64,000 nucleotides of DNA from an uncultured Clostridia bacterium (GTDB taxonomy: Bacteria > Bacillota > Clostridia > Oscillospirales > Acutalibacteraceae): assembly GCA_904399395.1 (NCBI GenBank), contig CAJFPJ010000047.1, positions 14,323 through 78,322 of the forward strand, in the 5' to 3' direction. The notes beneath the pieces were generated by a model. It was not told the DNA's origin and made no database searches. It saw only the letters and a list, made by a program, of their open reading frames with translations. The first letter of the stretch is position 1. Every line of letters begins with the position of its first letter. The position numbers and the translations under genes were made by a program. Below, one piece after another: positions 1 through 9,798 of this stretch.

Positions 1-521
1 AGCTTTTAAACGAAGCCATTACACGGGAAAAGGACGGTCTTCCACCTGCTGAAGAGCGGGATTGCTTGATCGATGTGCAGTTGGAGGCCCATATTCCCGA
101 AAACTATATTTCCGATCTTCGCCAGCGGCTTGAAATGTACCGCCGCATTGCGGATATCCGCAGCGGGGAGGATTCCATGGATGTAACCGATGAGCTGATT
201 GACCGTTTCGGTGAGCCGCCGGAGAGCGTCAACGGCCTGATCGAGGTGGCGCTTCTGCGCAACAGGGCTTCTGCCCTGGGGGTCTATGAGGTGAAACAGA
301 AGGGCGACGCCATCCTTCTCTATAAAGATTCTTTCGATATGAAACAAGTGGCTTCTCTGGTTTCCAATCTGAAGAGGCGGGTCATGGTGAATGCCGGCGC
401 GAAGCCGTATATCAGCGTGAAGCTTTCCGGCACACCGCTGGATACCCTCCGTGAAACCTTGGAGCTTTTAGAAAAGGCCGATCCTAAGGAGAGCAGCCCC
501 GTTGGGAAAAAGACCTCCTGA
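1..521 (+). CDS. mfd: Transcription-repair coupling factor Mfd, C-terminal fragment (5' end outside window)
   Basis: The frame is open from the window edge. The sequence IDVQLEAHIPENYISDLRQRLEMYRRI...DELIDRFGEPPESVNGLIEVALLR matches the TRCF C-terminal domain. Confidence 0.85.
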   Translation, partial: LLNEAITREKDGLPPAEERDCLIDVQLEAHIPENYISDLRQRLEMYRRIADIRSGEDSMDVTDELIDRFGEPPESVNGLIEVALLRNRASALGVYEVKQKGDAILLYKDSFDMKQVASLVSNLKRRVMVNAGAKPYISVKLSGTPLDTLRETLELLEKADPKESSPVGKKTS

Positions 522-610
522 CTGAGGCCTTGGGGAATGCCGTGCGGCTGCATGAGAAAGTATGGTAGAAAAGTTTTGTACCTTTAATAAATTTTAATAG
601 ATATATGTAT

Positions 611-646
611 AGAAAGAGGGCTGTGCGCAAGTGCAGCCCTCTTTCT
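611..646 (+). terminator. Strong 13-bp hairpin after mfd (agaaagagggctg / cagccctctttct), no clear U-tract
   Basis: Inverted repeat read directly, 90 nt after the mfd stop. Confidence 0.4.
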
Positions 647-1056
647 ATACCGGCCAAGGCCGGTAAACGATATAGTATCTTTATTTTTTACGGATTTGTG
701 CCCACTCTGCCTGTGATGCTTTGTATGACATGAACACTATAAGCAGGAAACTACCGTATCCGTTCCGGGCTGCATGCAAATTCCTGCCGGACTTCAAAAG
801 TGCTTTATCTGTTTATACAACGAAGGAGAGCAAAAATTTAGAAGAATCTTTCTATTTTGGGAGAAGGAGGCGTTCGGCAGGGAATAGGAACCTTTTTCCG
901 GGAAAGAATAGCAGTATCCTTCAAAATCCGGAGAATTGGAAGCGCTGTGTGAGCCGAACCGTTTACCCGCGGAACCCCTGCAGGTCTTTTCAGCTTTTGG
1001 GACTGTGCAGGAAAGCTTATCGCAGCCGCAAGGAGGGGGAAAGGAGGGATCTCTGC

Positions 1057-1413
1057 ATGGAATATCTGTGGGCGTTTATCGTGGGCGGTGCCATCTGTGT
1101 CGTGGGTCAGGTGCTGATCGATTTTACGAAACTGACCCCGGCGAGAATACTGGTTTTGTTTGTGGTGATGGGCGTAGTGCTTTCTGCTTTGGGGCTGTAT
1201 GAGCCTTTGGCAGAGTTTGCCGGGGCGGGGGCTACTGTGCCTCTTACAGGTTTCGGCCACCTGATGGCTACCGGGACAAAGGAAGCTGTGGCGAACCTGG
1301 GGCTTCTGGGTGCGCTGGGAGGAGGACTGCAGGCCGCTTCTGTGGGAATTGCCGCGGCGGTGCTGTTCGGCCTTTTGGCGGCAGTGTTTTCAAAACCTAA
1401 GGATAAGAGCTGA
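1057..1413 (+). CDS. spoVAE: Stage V sporulation protein AE (SpoVAE/SpoVAEB-like, 118 aa)
   Basis: MEYLWAFIVGGAICVVGQVLID...AGAGATVPLTGFGH resembles SpoVAE. An AGGAGG-rich RBS lies at 1031-1048, ahead of the ATG at 1057. The upstream part of the 721 ORF is not protein-like. Confidence 0.85.
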   Translation: MEYLWAFIVGGAICVVGQVLIDFTKLTPARILVLFVVMGVVLSALGLYEPLAEFAGAGATVPLTGFGHLMATGTKEAVANLGLLGALGGGLQAASVGIAAAVLFGLLAAVFSKPKDKS

Positions 1414-1454
1414 CAAATTCAAGTGCGATAGTCGTCTCAACGGAAACAGAAAAA

Positions 1455-1485
1455 GAAAAAAGGCGGAGATATCTCCGCCTTTTCA
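1455..1485. terminator. Bidirectional intrinsic terminator (aggcggagat/atctccgcct flanked by A-run and T-run)
   Basis: Perfect 10-bp stem at 1461-1480, between the convergent spoVAE and the small minus-strand ORF. Confidence 0.6.
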
Positions 1486-1558
1486 GAAATCCGGAAGAAG
1501 GGCAAAAGCCCTTTTCTGTATCTGCGCGCCGCACATATTGTGCCGCAGGGCTTTAGCC

Positions 1559-1726
1559 TTACTGAATGGAGCAATCCAGATAATGCTCCAGCTCCTCTTC
1601 ATCCTTCTTCTTTTTCTCAAAGTAAAATGCGACTGCAACCGCTGCACCGGCAATAGCGGCCAGCGCGGAAAGAATGGCTGCAAATATGGCGAATCCGTTT
1701 GTCTTTTTCAAAGAAGGCACCTCCAT
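1559..1726 (-). CDS. Small hypothetical membrane protein (about 55 aa; one TM, acidic C-tail)
   Basis: MEVPSLKKTNGFAIFAAILSALAAIAGAAVAVAFYFEKKKKDEEE. The hydrophobic helix is clear but the RBS is weak, so the start is uncertain (ORF is open to 1828). Confidence 0.35.
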   Translation of the reverse strand: MEVPSLKKTNGFAIFAAILSALAAIAGAAVAVAFYFEKKKKDEEELEHYLDCSIQ

Positions 1727-1900
1727 TTCGAAGTCAAGGATGCCGCCGTGCTCCGGCCTTTCCGGGCGGCAGTAAATCCTATTATCATGATATCTAATAT
1801 TCTGTGAAAAGTCAACAGACAGAATCAAAGGAACGATGAGAATTTACATTTTAGAAATATCTCTTTCCGCTTCATATTGGCTTCCGGGCAAGGAGAAAAT

Positions 1901-1932
1901 AAAAAAAGCAGAGCCCCTCGGCTCTGCTTTTT
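1901..1932 (-). terminator. rpsT terminator (gcagagcc/ggctctgc, U-run on minus strand)
   Basis: Hairpin plus A7 on the + strand, immediately downstream of the rpsT stop. Confidence 0.7.
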
Positions 1933-1941
1933 AAACGCATA

Positions 1942-2205
1942 TTAGGCGTTGGAAGCATTCAGCTTGTGAACCAGCTGAGACTTCTTCCGGGCTGCGGCGT
2001 TCTTGTGGAGAATCCCCTTGGCAGCGGCCTGGTCAATCTTCTTAATGGTCACACGGACAGCTTCGGCCTTCCCGGCGTCATTCTTAGCAACGGCGGCATC
2101 GGCTTTCTTCAGAGCAGTCTTCAGATCAGACTTGATCGCCTTGTTGAATTCGCTCTTAGCGGCAATCACCTTAACACGCTTTTTAGCAGACTTGATATTC
2201 GGCAT
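1942..2205 (-). CDS. rpsT: 30S ribosomal protein S20
   Basis: MPNIKSAKKRVKV...HKNAAARKKS is the canonical S20 sequence; 87 aa. Confidence 0.95.
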   Translation of the reverse strand: MPNIKSAKKRVKVIAAKSEFNKAIKSDLKTALKKADAAVAKNDAGKAEAVRVTIKKIDQAAAKGILHKNAAARKKSQLVHKLNASNA

Positions 2206-2419
2206 ACTTACACCTCCTTCAGGGTATTGTCACGCGGATTCTATTGTATCATCAACCCCCTGAAAAAGCAAGTCTTTTCCCTTAAAAAATTGGATTTGAC
2301 GGGCTTTGCCACGGCTTTTTCACTAGAGGGAGAATAGAAGGCCGTTTTTTAGTTGTGAAAGAGTGCAGAAGAAAAATAAATGCATAGATAATCTCTAGAT
2401 ATAGAAAGGATGAACGAAT

Positions 2420-3232
2420 ATGATCGGCAGAACAGATCTGGCTCTTGAATATACGGATGAAAGGACCCATACCGTCCAAAGGGAGGGAAACTGCACCATC
2501 ACGCGACTCATCCATGAAGGGGAATCTTATATCACAATGGAGGTTCCCGCACTTTCTGATACGCCGGATACGGACAAGTTGGAAGAGTTGACGGCCATGG
2601 AATTAAGGAAACTTCTTCCGGCAGAGGGGAGCGTCCTGGTGGTGGGTGTGGGGAACAGGGCGGTCACACCCGACGCGCTGGGGCCTTTGATGGCGGAGAA
2701 GATTTTCCCCACGCGCCACATTAAAGGAGAATGGGCCCGGGTGGCCGGGCTTTCAGGGCTGCGTTCTGTTTCGGTTATTTCTCCCGGTGTTTTGGGCTGC
2801 ACAGGAATTGAGTCCGGGGAGGCAGCCCGTGCCCTGGCGGCTGCGCTAAAGCCCTCTGCTGTAATAGCAGTGGATGCCCTGGCAGCTAAAAGCCTGAAAC
2901 GCTTGGGCTGCACAGTGCAGCTTTCCACGGCGGGCCTTTCCCCAGGCCATGGGGTGGGAAACAAAAGGCCGGAACTGAACCGGGCGTCCATGGGGATTCC
3001 CGTCATATCCCTTGGAATTCCCACAGTAGTGGAGGCCTCTCTGCTGGCTTTTGAACTTTTGGGGCGGGAGGTGGATGAGGAGATCGCTCCCAGAGGCGAA
3101 CCCATGGTGGTTACGCCCAGAGAGATTGATCTTGTGGTGGAACGAGGAGCCCGCCTTCTGGCTATGGCCGTGAACCGCGCCCTGAATCCATCGTTGAGCA
3201 GGGAGGAATTCCGGATGCTGGTTGCGGAATGA
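2420..3232 (+). CDS. gpr: Germination protease (GPR endopeptidase)
   Basis: RTDLALE..., VVGVGNRAVTPDALGP and AVDALAA match the GPR family. The position next to rpsT and spoIIP is the same as in B. subtilis. Confidence 0.9.
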   Translation: MIGRTDLALEYTDERTHTVQREGNCTITRLIHEGESYITMEVPALSDTPDTDKLEELTAMELRKLLPAEGSVLVVGVGNRAVTPDALGPLMAEKIFPTRHIKGEWARVAGLSGLRSVSVISPGVLGCTGIESGEAARALAAALKPSAVIAVDALAAKSLKRLGCTVQLSTAGLSPGHGVGNKRPELNRASMGIPVISLGIPTVVEASLLAFELLGREVDEEIAPRGEPMVVTPREIDLVVERGARLLAMAVNRALNPSLSREEFRMLVAE

Positions 3233-3455
3233 CATCAAAGAGGGATGAATCTCTTTAGAGAAAGCAGAGTTCCGGGATGGCCCAGGATGACCCAATGGAG
3301 AAAAGATGGGGATATTTATCCTGGCCGGTGCATAGAAATGGTCAAAAGAGATTGCTGTTTTCCCCTTGGCCTGCACTGTGCGCTTAAAAGCAGTGTAGGC
3401 AGTATTTCCCCGGGGAAGAAGGATTCTCAATTCAATTGGGCGGAGTGAGCGCGGA

Positions 3456-4619
3456 ATGAGAAAAAATGTGGGCCGGAAAGGCCGCCGGCAGGTTCGGTGG
3501 GAGAAAAGAGGGCAGACGCTGTGTGCGGCTGTTCTGTGTGTTTTGTTTTCGGGTGTGGGTGTTTTCTGTGTGGCCGAGCGTGTCTCCGGCGCAGAAGAAA
3601 GCGCTGTGATGGCTGCGGCGGGATTTATTCTGCCGGATGGGGCGGTGGGGATCCTTAGTGGGGAGATTCCCCAGCCGGAAAGCGTACCGGATTCCTCTGC
3701 TGTTTCAGAAGAAAATCCTGCGGGAACTTCTAAAATAGAGAAGGAGACGTCCTCCGCCGCTTCCTCCAAACCGGGAAGTTCTTCTGCCAGTTCAAAATCT
3801 GATTCCTCCGGCCCTGCGGGAAATGAGACCGACCTTCCCGATGGAGCTGTGGAGGCCTCTGTCACGGGGTCCATTCAGGAGCTGACTATGGCCAACACCG
3901 GCGTGCAGTATGGAAATATATGGGTTCAAAACCGCAATGAATATCACGATATTGATATTGAAAAGGTGTTGAGTGAACAACCGGCCGTAAAGCCGCTAAA
4001 AAATGGGAAACCCGAAATTCTCATTTATCATACGCATACAACAGAGGCGTATCAGGGCATAACACGCACGCAGGATGAAAATCAGAACATGGTGGCTGTA
4101 GGAGACAGGATCACAAAAGAGCTGGAGGCGGCAGGCTACGGCGTCATTCATGACACCACCTGTCATGACTACCCAAGCTATAATGGTTCTTATAACCGTT
4201 CTTATGAAACCATTGCCAAAAATCTGGAAAAATATCCCTCTATTCAGGTGACGCTGGATATCCATCGGGATGCTCTGGGCGGCGATACCAAACTCAAACC
4301 CACCGCCGTAGTGGATGGGAAAAAGGCGGCTCAGATCATGATTATTTCCGGCTGCGATGACGACGGGACCCTGGGGTTCCCAAACTGGGAATATAACCTG
4401 CGTTTTGCCATGCGGATCCAGAAGGCGCTGACGGATACCTATCCTTCACTGGCACGGCCCTTGAATTTTTGCGCCAGAAAATATAACGAACACATGACGA
4501 AAGGTTCCCTTTTGATCGAAATTGGAACAGATATGAACACCCTGGCGGAGGCTGAATATTCGGGAACCCTTCTGGGGAAAACGCTGGTGGATGTTCTGGA
4601 TGATCTGGCTGAGGGATAA
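3456..4619 (+). CDS. spoIIP: Stage II sporulation protein P (SpoIIP amidase/peptidase family)
   Basis: N-terminal TM segment, then ILIYHTHTTEAY...DIHRDA...IEIG, the SpoIIP signature. Synteny with gpr supports the call. Confidence 0.9.
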   Translation: MRKNVGRKGRRQVRWEKRGQTLCAAVLCVLFSGVGVFCVAERVSGAEESAVMAAAGFILPDGAVGILSGEIPQPESVPDSSAVSEENPAGTSKIEKETSSAASSKPGSSSASSKSDSSGPAGNETDLPDGAVEASVTGSIQELTMANTGVQYGNIWVQNRNEYHDIDIEKVLSEQPAVKPLKNGKPEILIYHTHTTEAYQGITRTQDENQNMVAVGDRITKELEAAGYGVIHDTTCHDYPSYNGSYNRSYETIAKNLEKYPSIQVTLDIHRDALGGDTKLKPTAVVDGKKAAQIMIISGCDDDGTLGFPNWEYNLRFAMRIQKALTDTYPSLARPLNFCARKYNEHMTKGSLLIEIGTDMNTLAEAEYSGTLLGKTLVDVLDDLAEG

Positions 4620-5014
4620 CTGGAGAAAGGGATTTCGACATAGAAAATTTTCCGGCGGTCTGCATGGGCCGCCGGATCATGCCTATACTAGATGTGAAAT
4701 CCCGAAAAAAGCCGGGAATACAGGGAAGTATAAAACAGAGAGGATAAAGGGAACGTGGGAATACAGAGGATACAGAAGAGAAGATATCAAATAGGCCAGG
4801 CAACTCAGGTGGCTCAGATACCTCGGACCGCCCGAGGGTTATACCAGGCGGATAGATCGGAGGAGAAAGAGAAGACGCGGGAGCTCCCTCCCTTGCAAAA
4901 GAAGGAATCACCCGGAGTAAAAGAAGCGAATTCGGGTGCACAGCATGAAAGAGCTAAAAAGAAGGCTAAGCGCCTGGGAAGGAACCCTTTTCAGGAAAGA
5001 AAGGGGTCGGGAAC

Positions 5015-5210
5015 ATGTTCTGCAAGGAAAAAAAACAGAAGAGTATTCCTCACAGCCTTTATGGTAACACTGTGTTTTTTGTGTTTTGTCATAGGGATTT
5101 TGCAGGCAGACTATTATTGCCGGCAGACAGGCTTTGGGGATGAGGAAACTTTGATACACCGGCTTACCGGAAAAAACGGGGACTTGCTTGATTTCCTTGA
5201 ATCCCTCTGA
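5015..5210 (+). CDS. Possible small membrane protein at the yqxA position; reading frame interrupted at an A8 tract (see findings)
   Basis: RBS aagggg (5001-5006) plus ATG 5015 is out of frame by one base with the TM-containing frame (RRVFLTAFMVTLCFLCFVIGILQ...) that ends at 5210. Alternatively a long basic N-terminus starts from GTG 4755. Confidence 0.3.
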
Positions 5211-5569
5211 TATACTACAAAGTGAGAGAATATGTGCATTTATGCCACAGTTTTTTGAAAATTCGAGTTTGTTTGCAGCCTCTGAAAAGTATCATATTTT
5301 ATTACAAATACTGTTACAAATTGGAAATATATGAGACCGTACATTCGGGTATGGTATTAAGTAGAGATAAATGTCTTAGCCTTCGGAAATAGGAAGACCC
5401 GGCGGCAGCAAAAGGCTGCCGGGCAAAATGCATGCGGGGTGCTTGGCAGGAATCAGATGTGTGTGAAGATGCACGCCCGCATAGACGGAACATAAAATGA
5501 AACCCTCTGTGGAGCACAGAGCGGCTTTTGCGCGTAGATGGATTGCGCTGCGGAATAAGGAGTTATGGT

Positions 5570-6373
5570 ATGACACGTCGGGGAAAAATCACGATAGTAG
5601 GATTGGCGCTGGCTCTTGCGGTATCTTCTGCCGCATGGCTTGCGCCTGTGTCTGTATATGCGGAGCCTGTGAAATCTGGAAGAGCGGAGCCGGTGGAACC
5701 GCCGGAGGGGGAGGATTCCAGCCAACAGGGATCCGGCGAAGGAGGAGGAAACTCTCAGAGTTCCCAGCCGGAGCCGGAACCGCCGAGTTCTTCAGACCAG
5801 GGATCATCTACAGTTTCCAGTTCGTCAAGTTCCTCTCAAAGTGGTTCGAGTGAAGGCGACTCGTCACCCCAAAGACCGGGTGGCTCCACAGGCGGAGGGG
5901 GGGGCGGGAATAGTGGAACCAGAACTCCGGAAACCGGCGGGCAGAGTAACGGAAATTCCGCTATTGAGACCGGAACACAAACAGGTTCCTCCCGGTCGTC
6001 TGTAAGCACGGTGAATTCCTCCTCATCCAGCGCCTCTTCTGAGGGAGCTTCGTCTTCCTCTTCGCTGCCCTGGGGCCCCGTTTCGGAGCCTCCTGCGTCC
6101 TCTTCCGGGATAGAGCTTCCCAGCGTAGGGGACGTGAGCGCCGCCAGCAACATCACCCCGGAGGTGGTGGCGGATAATACCAGGATCAACTGGATGGGGA
6201 TACTATCCTGGGCAGTGATCGGCCTGTTCTTCATAGTGGTTCTGATCGTGCTGTTGACAAACAGAAGGCCTCCGCGGGGCGGTTCCGGCCGTAAGAGATA
6301 CCGCAGCCCATCCCGTAGGAAAAAGGGAAAACATCTTCTTCCGGATGAGTATTACCGGCATCTGCGGTATTAA
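5570..6373 (+). CDS. Secreted/membrane-anchored low-complexity Ser/Gly/Pro/Glu-rich protein
   Basis: RBS aaggag precedes ATG 5570. The protein has an N-terminal signal-like helix ([23 protein letters not shown]), about 190 aa of S/G/P/E low complexity, a C-terminal TM ([19 protein letters not shown]) and a basic tail. Confidence 0.6.
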   Translation: MTRRGKITIVGLALALAVSSAAWLAPVSVYAEPVKSGRAEPVEPPEGEDSSQQGSGEGGGNSQSSQPEPEPPSSSDQGSSTVSSSSSSSQSGSSEGDSSPQRPGGSTGGGGGGNSGTRTPETGGQSNGNSAIETGTQTGSSRSSVSTVNSSSSSASSEGASSSSSLPWGPVSEPPASSSGIELPSVGDVSAASNITPEVVADNTRINWMGILSWAVIGLFFIVVLIVLLTNRRPPRGGSGRKRYRSPSRRKKGKHLLPDEYYRHLRY

Positions 6374-6719
6374 GGGGCGTATCTTCCTTGGTTTGTTGTT
6401 TCCCATTTTTCTGGTTGCGTGTAGTTGCGCAAAACGCGAACTGGTGGAAAGGGAGAAAGTTGTAAAATCAAAAAAGAAGAAAGGCCGTGCGTTTACGAAT
6501 GAGGTAGACGCGCGGCCCTTTTTAAAGGGCCGGTGCCGGGCTGTTGCTTTTTGCGATGGGGACTACCCAAACCCCGGGAGAATATGGTATACTTTCATTC
6601 AGATTCTTTCGGGTGCACCAGCTCGGTGCAAGAAAGAGCCGCTCCTTATCCCGGCATTTGTATCCGGAAGTGTAGCATTCCGGGCTGGGCGGTGCGGCGG
6701 ACTGAATTTTAGCAGTAGG

Positions 6720-8537
6720 ATGATGGAAATGGCAATTTCAAGAGATAAAATACGCAATTTCAGCATTATAGCCCATATCGACCATGGAAAGAGCACACTG
6801 GCGGACCGGATCCTGGAGCAGACCAGCGCCGTGGCTCTCCGGGATATGGAAGACCAGCTTCTGGACAATATGGATCTGGAACGGGAGAGAGGCATCACCA
6901 TCAAAGCTCATGCCGTTACGCTGGTTTACCATGCCAAAGATGGGGAGGATTACGTTTTCAATCTGATCGACACCCCCGGCCATGTGGACTTTAACTATGA
7001 GGTATCCCGCAGCCTGGCGGCCTGCGAAGGCGCTGTTCTGGTGGTGGATGCTTCTCAGGGGATCGAGGCCCAGACTCTTGCCAATACGTATCTGGCAGTG
7101 GATGCAGGGCTTGAGATTGTCCCTGTAATTAATAAGATTGACCTTCCAAGCGCGGATCCAGAGCGGGTCCGCCGGGAAATCGAGGATGTGATCGGTATCC
7201 CGGCTGACGACGCCCCGGCGGTCTCCGCCAAGGCGGGCATCAACATCGACCAGGTGATGGAACAGATTGTGAAGCTCATTCCGCCTCCAGAAGGGGATCC
7301 CCAGGCCCCTCTGAAGGCCTTGATATTTGATTCCTATTACGATGCCTATAAGGGAGTTATCGCCCATGTGCGCCTGAAGGACGGCACTGTTCACCCCGGA
7401 GATACCATCCGCATGATGAGCACCGGGGCGGAATTCACTGTTACGGAGTGCGGCTATATGCGGGCTACAAAATTCGAGCCTGTTTCTGAGCTAACTGCAG
7501 GAGAGGTAGGATATATTGCGGCCTCTATCAAGGCGGTAAAGGATGCCACGGTGGGTGACACCATCACAAGGGCGGATAATCCCGCCGGGGAGGCTCTTCC
7601 CGGTTACAGGCCGGTGCAGCCCATGGTGTTCTGCGGCATCTACCCTGCGGACGGAGCCAAATACCCGGATCTGCGGGAAGCTTTGGAAAAATTGCAGTTA
7701 AACGACGCAGCCCTTTCCTTTGAGCCGGAAACTTCCGTTGCACTGGGTTTCGGCTTCCGCTGCGGCTTTTTGGGGCTTTTGCATATGGAGGTTATCCAGG
7801 AGCGGCTGGAAAGGGAATATAACCTAGATATTATCACCACGGCTCCCAGCGTTATTTACCGGATCACGAAAACCAGCGGGGAAGTCATCACCATCGATAA
7901 CCCCACCAATTACCCCGATCCTTCGGTGATCGCCAGCGCGGAGGAGCCCATGACCAACGCCCATATCTACACCCCCACTGAATATGTGGGGAACATCATG
8001 GAGCTCTGCCAGGAGCGCCGGGGTGTGTTCAAGGATATGACGTATATCGACTCCGACCGGGTGGATATCCACTACCGCCTGCCCTTAAACGAGATCATTT
8101 ACGATTTCTTTGATGCTCTAAAATCCCGCACCAGAGGCTACGCCAGTTTCGACTATGAGCTGGACGGCTACGAAAAGAGCGACCTTGTAAAGCTGGATAT
8201 TATGCTCAACGGGGAAATTGTGGACGCTCTTTCCTTCATCATTCATTCGGAGAAGGCCTATACCAGAGCCCGGAAGATGGCGGAAAAGCTCAAAGAGAAA
8301 ATTCCGCGCCAGCTTTTCGAGGTGCCCATCCAGGCCTGTATCGGAGGGCGCATCATCGCCCGGGAGACGGTCAAAGCTCTGCGCAAAGATGTGCTGGCAA
8401 AATGTTACGGCGGCGATATCACCCGAAAGAAGAAGCTTCTGGAAAAGCAGAAGGAAGGCAAGAAACGCATGCGCCAGCTGGGGACGGTGGAGGTTCCCCA
8501 GGAGGCGTTTATGTCCGTGTTGAAGCTGGATGAATAA
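6720..8537 (+). CDS. lepA: Translation elongation factor 4 (LepA)
   Basis: [33 protein letters not shown] and the C-terminal LepA domain are present. The start is one of the ATGs at 6720, 6723 or 6729. The 125-codon upstream extension of the ORF is rejected. Confidence 0.95.
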   Translation: MMEMAISRDKIRNFSIIAHIDHGKSTLADRILEQTSAVALRDMEDQLLDNMDLERERGITIKAHAVTLVYHAKDGEDYVFNLIDTPGHVDFNYEVSRSLAACEGAVLVVDASQGIEAQTLANTYLAVDAGLEIVPVINKIDLPSADPERVRREIEDVIGIPADDAPAVSAKAGINIDQVMEQIVKLIPPPEGDPQAPLKALIFDSYYDAYKGVIAHVRLKDGTVHPGDTIRMMSTGAEFTVTECGYMRATKFEPVSELTAGEVGYIAASIKAVKDATVGDTITRADNPAGEALPGYRPVQPMVFCGIYPADGAKYPDLREALEKLQLNDAALSFEPETSVALGFGFRCGFLGLLHMEVIQERLEREYNLDIITTAPSVIYRITKTSGEVITIDNPTNYPDPSVIASAEEPMTNAHIYTPTEYVGNIMELCQERRGVFKDMTYIDSDRVDIHYRLPLNEIIYDFFDALKSRTRGYASFDYELDGYEKSDLVKLDIMLNGEIVDALSFIIHSEKAYTRARKMAEKLKEKIPRQLFEVPIQACIGGRIIARETVKALRKDVLAKCYGGDITRKKKLLEKQKEGKKRMRQLGTVEVPQEAFMSVLKLDE

Positions 8538-8577
8538 AGGGCTTTCGCCCCGAGCCCCGAAGGGAGAATAGCGCTGT

Positions 8578-9042
8578 ATGGCTGTTTTGCATTTGATGGT
8601 GGGCCTTCCCTGCAGCGGGAAGACCACAGAGGCCAGACGGCTGGAAAAGGAATATCACGCCCTGCGCCTGACGCCGGATGAATGGCAGATCCGTCTTTTC
8701 GGCCAGGACGCCCTGGATCCCAGCCACGATGAGCGGCATGGCGCCATTGAAAAAATTATGTGGGAGGTGGCCTCCCGCGTTCTTTCCCTGGGGATGAATG
8801 TAATCCTCGATTTTGGGTTTTGGGCCCGGGAGGAACGGGAAGATTTCCGCCGCCGTGCCCATGCTTTGGGAGCTGGGTTTCAGATCCATTATATGGAAGC
8901 CTCGGAGGAGGAGCTTCTCCGGCGGCTCGCTGTTCGAAATGCAGAGATGCCCGAAGGAACCTTTGTGATACGGGAGGCGGAGATGCGGGAGTATATGGCT
9001 CTTTTCCAGCCGCCCAAAGCAGATGAACTCCTCTGGAATTAG
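8578..9042 (+). CDS. P-loop ATP-binding protein (AAA_33 / small kinase-like)
   Basis: Walker A motif GLPCSGKTT; 154 aa, with the overall pattern of the AAA_33 kinase family. Confidence 0.75.
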   Translation: MAVLHLMVGLPCSGKTTEARRLEKEYHALRLTPDEWQIRLFGQDALDPSHDERHGAIEKIMWEVASRVLSLGMNVILDFGFWAREEREDFRRRAHALGAGFQIHYMEASEEELLRRLAVRNAEMPEGTFVIREAEMREYMALFQPPKADELLWN

Positions 9043-9059
9043 AGAAAGAGGCGATTGCT

Positions 9060-9638
9060 GTGGCTGAAAAATCATGCCTTTCGAAGAGTGTAAAGAATGT
9101 ATATTTTCGAAACTGGCTGCTTGTGCTGGCTGCAGGCCTTTTGGCGGCTGCCGTGGGATTTTGTGCCATCTATTTGAAAAAGGAAGATACCTCCCAGCCC
9201 TATATGTGGAATCTTCTCCGGATGGAGGACGGCTTTTGGGCGGCCCTCGCTTTTTTGGGAGCGGCTCTGGCGGTATGCGGGGCTTTTGCTCTCCTCTTCC
9301 ACAATGCGGTTTCAAAAAGCGGGAGCCTGAAGACAAGCGCCTTGGCTGTTGCACTCAGCGCCATGGGAAGCGCAGGGCTGTACTGCCTGTTTCTCTGGGT
9401 GAGCACAATCGCTTTTGGGGAAGTACAAAAATATCCCATAGCCAACCGATTCAGTATGGCGGGCGGGTTCGTTTGTCTGCTGATTTGCATCCTGTTGCTG
9501 TTCCTGTATGTGCATATAAGGCAGAAAAAGCCGTCTCTTTTGGGCGTTTTTCTGGATGTGGGCGTATGTGTGCTTTTCTTTGCACCCATGTTCCTCTTTT
9601 GGAATTTCATATACAATTTGGCAGAAAGGGCCCTGTGA
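9060..9638 (+). CDS. Hypothetical polytopic membrane protein (5-6 TM)
   Basis: Repeated hydrophobic helices and a GTG start. No recognisable family. Confidence 0.55.
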   Translation: MAEKSCLSKSVKNVYFRNWLLVLAAGLLAAAVGFCAIYLKKEDTSQPYMWNLLRMEDGFWAALAFLGAALAVCGAFALLFHNAVSKSGSLKTSALAVALSAMGSAGLYCLFLWVSTIAFGEVQKYPIANRFSMAGGFVCLLICILLLFLYVHIRQKKPSLLGVFLDVGVCVLFFAPMFLFWNFIYNLAERAL

Positions 9639-9798
9639 CGGGGTCCTTTTTTATGGATCCATATGCGGGTGAATTGGCAGTATGGCCGGCACAACAACCG
9701 CTTTTGAGTATTTTTGTTTGAACATGGGGCCTCTGCCTGGCTGCGGCCTGTTTCTCCCCATGAAGAACGTGAATGTATGGCTTGGAAAGGAGTTTTAT

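Noticed and set aside
721-1056. 112-codon extension upstream of spoVAE.
   Set aside because: The composition is non-protein-like. SpoVAE homologs are about 116 aa, and a strong RBS precedes ATG 1057.
5220-5569. Possible riboswitch or structured leader upstream of the S/G-rich protein gene. Hairpins are present (cccggcggcagc...gctgccggg and gcatgcgggg...gcccgcat), with a vague GGCAAA resemblance to c-di-GMP-I.
   Set aside because: I could not fit any riboswitch consensus by eye. Only generic hairpins are visible, so a covariance-model scan would be needed before any claim.
6345-6719. 125-codon N-terminal extension of the lepA ORF.
   Set aside because: LepA homologs start at the [14 protein letters not shown] region. 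The extension is Cys/Arg/Phe-rich and contains an extended -10 box (TGgTATACT, 6585-6593) and a hairpin (6515-6537), so it is intergenic.
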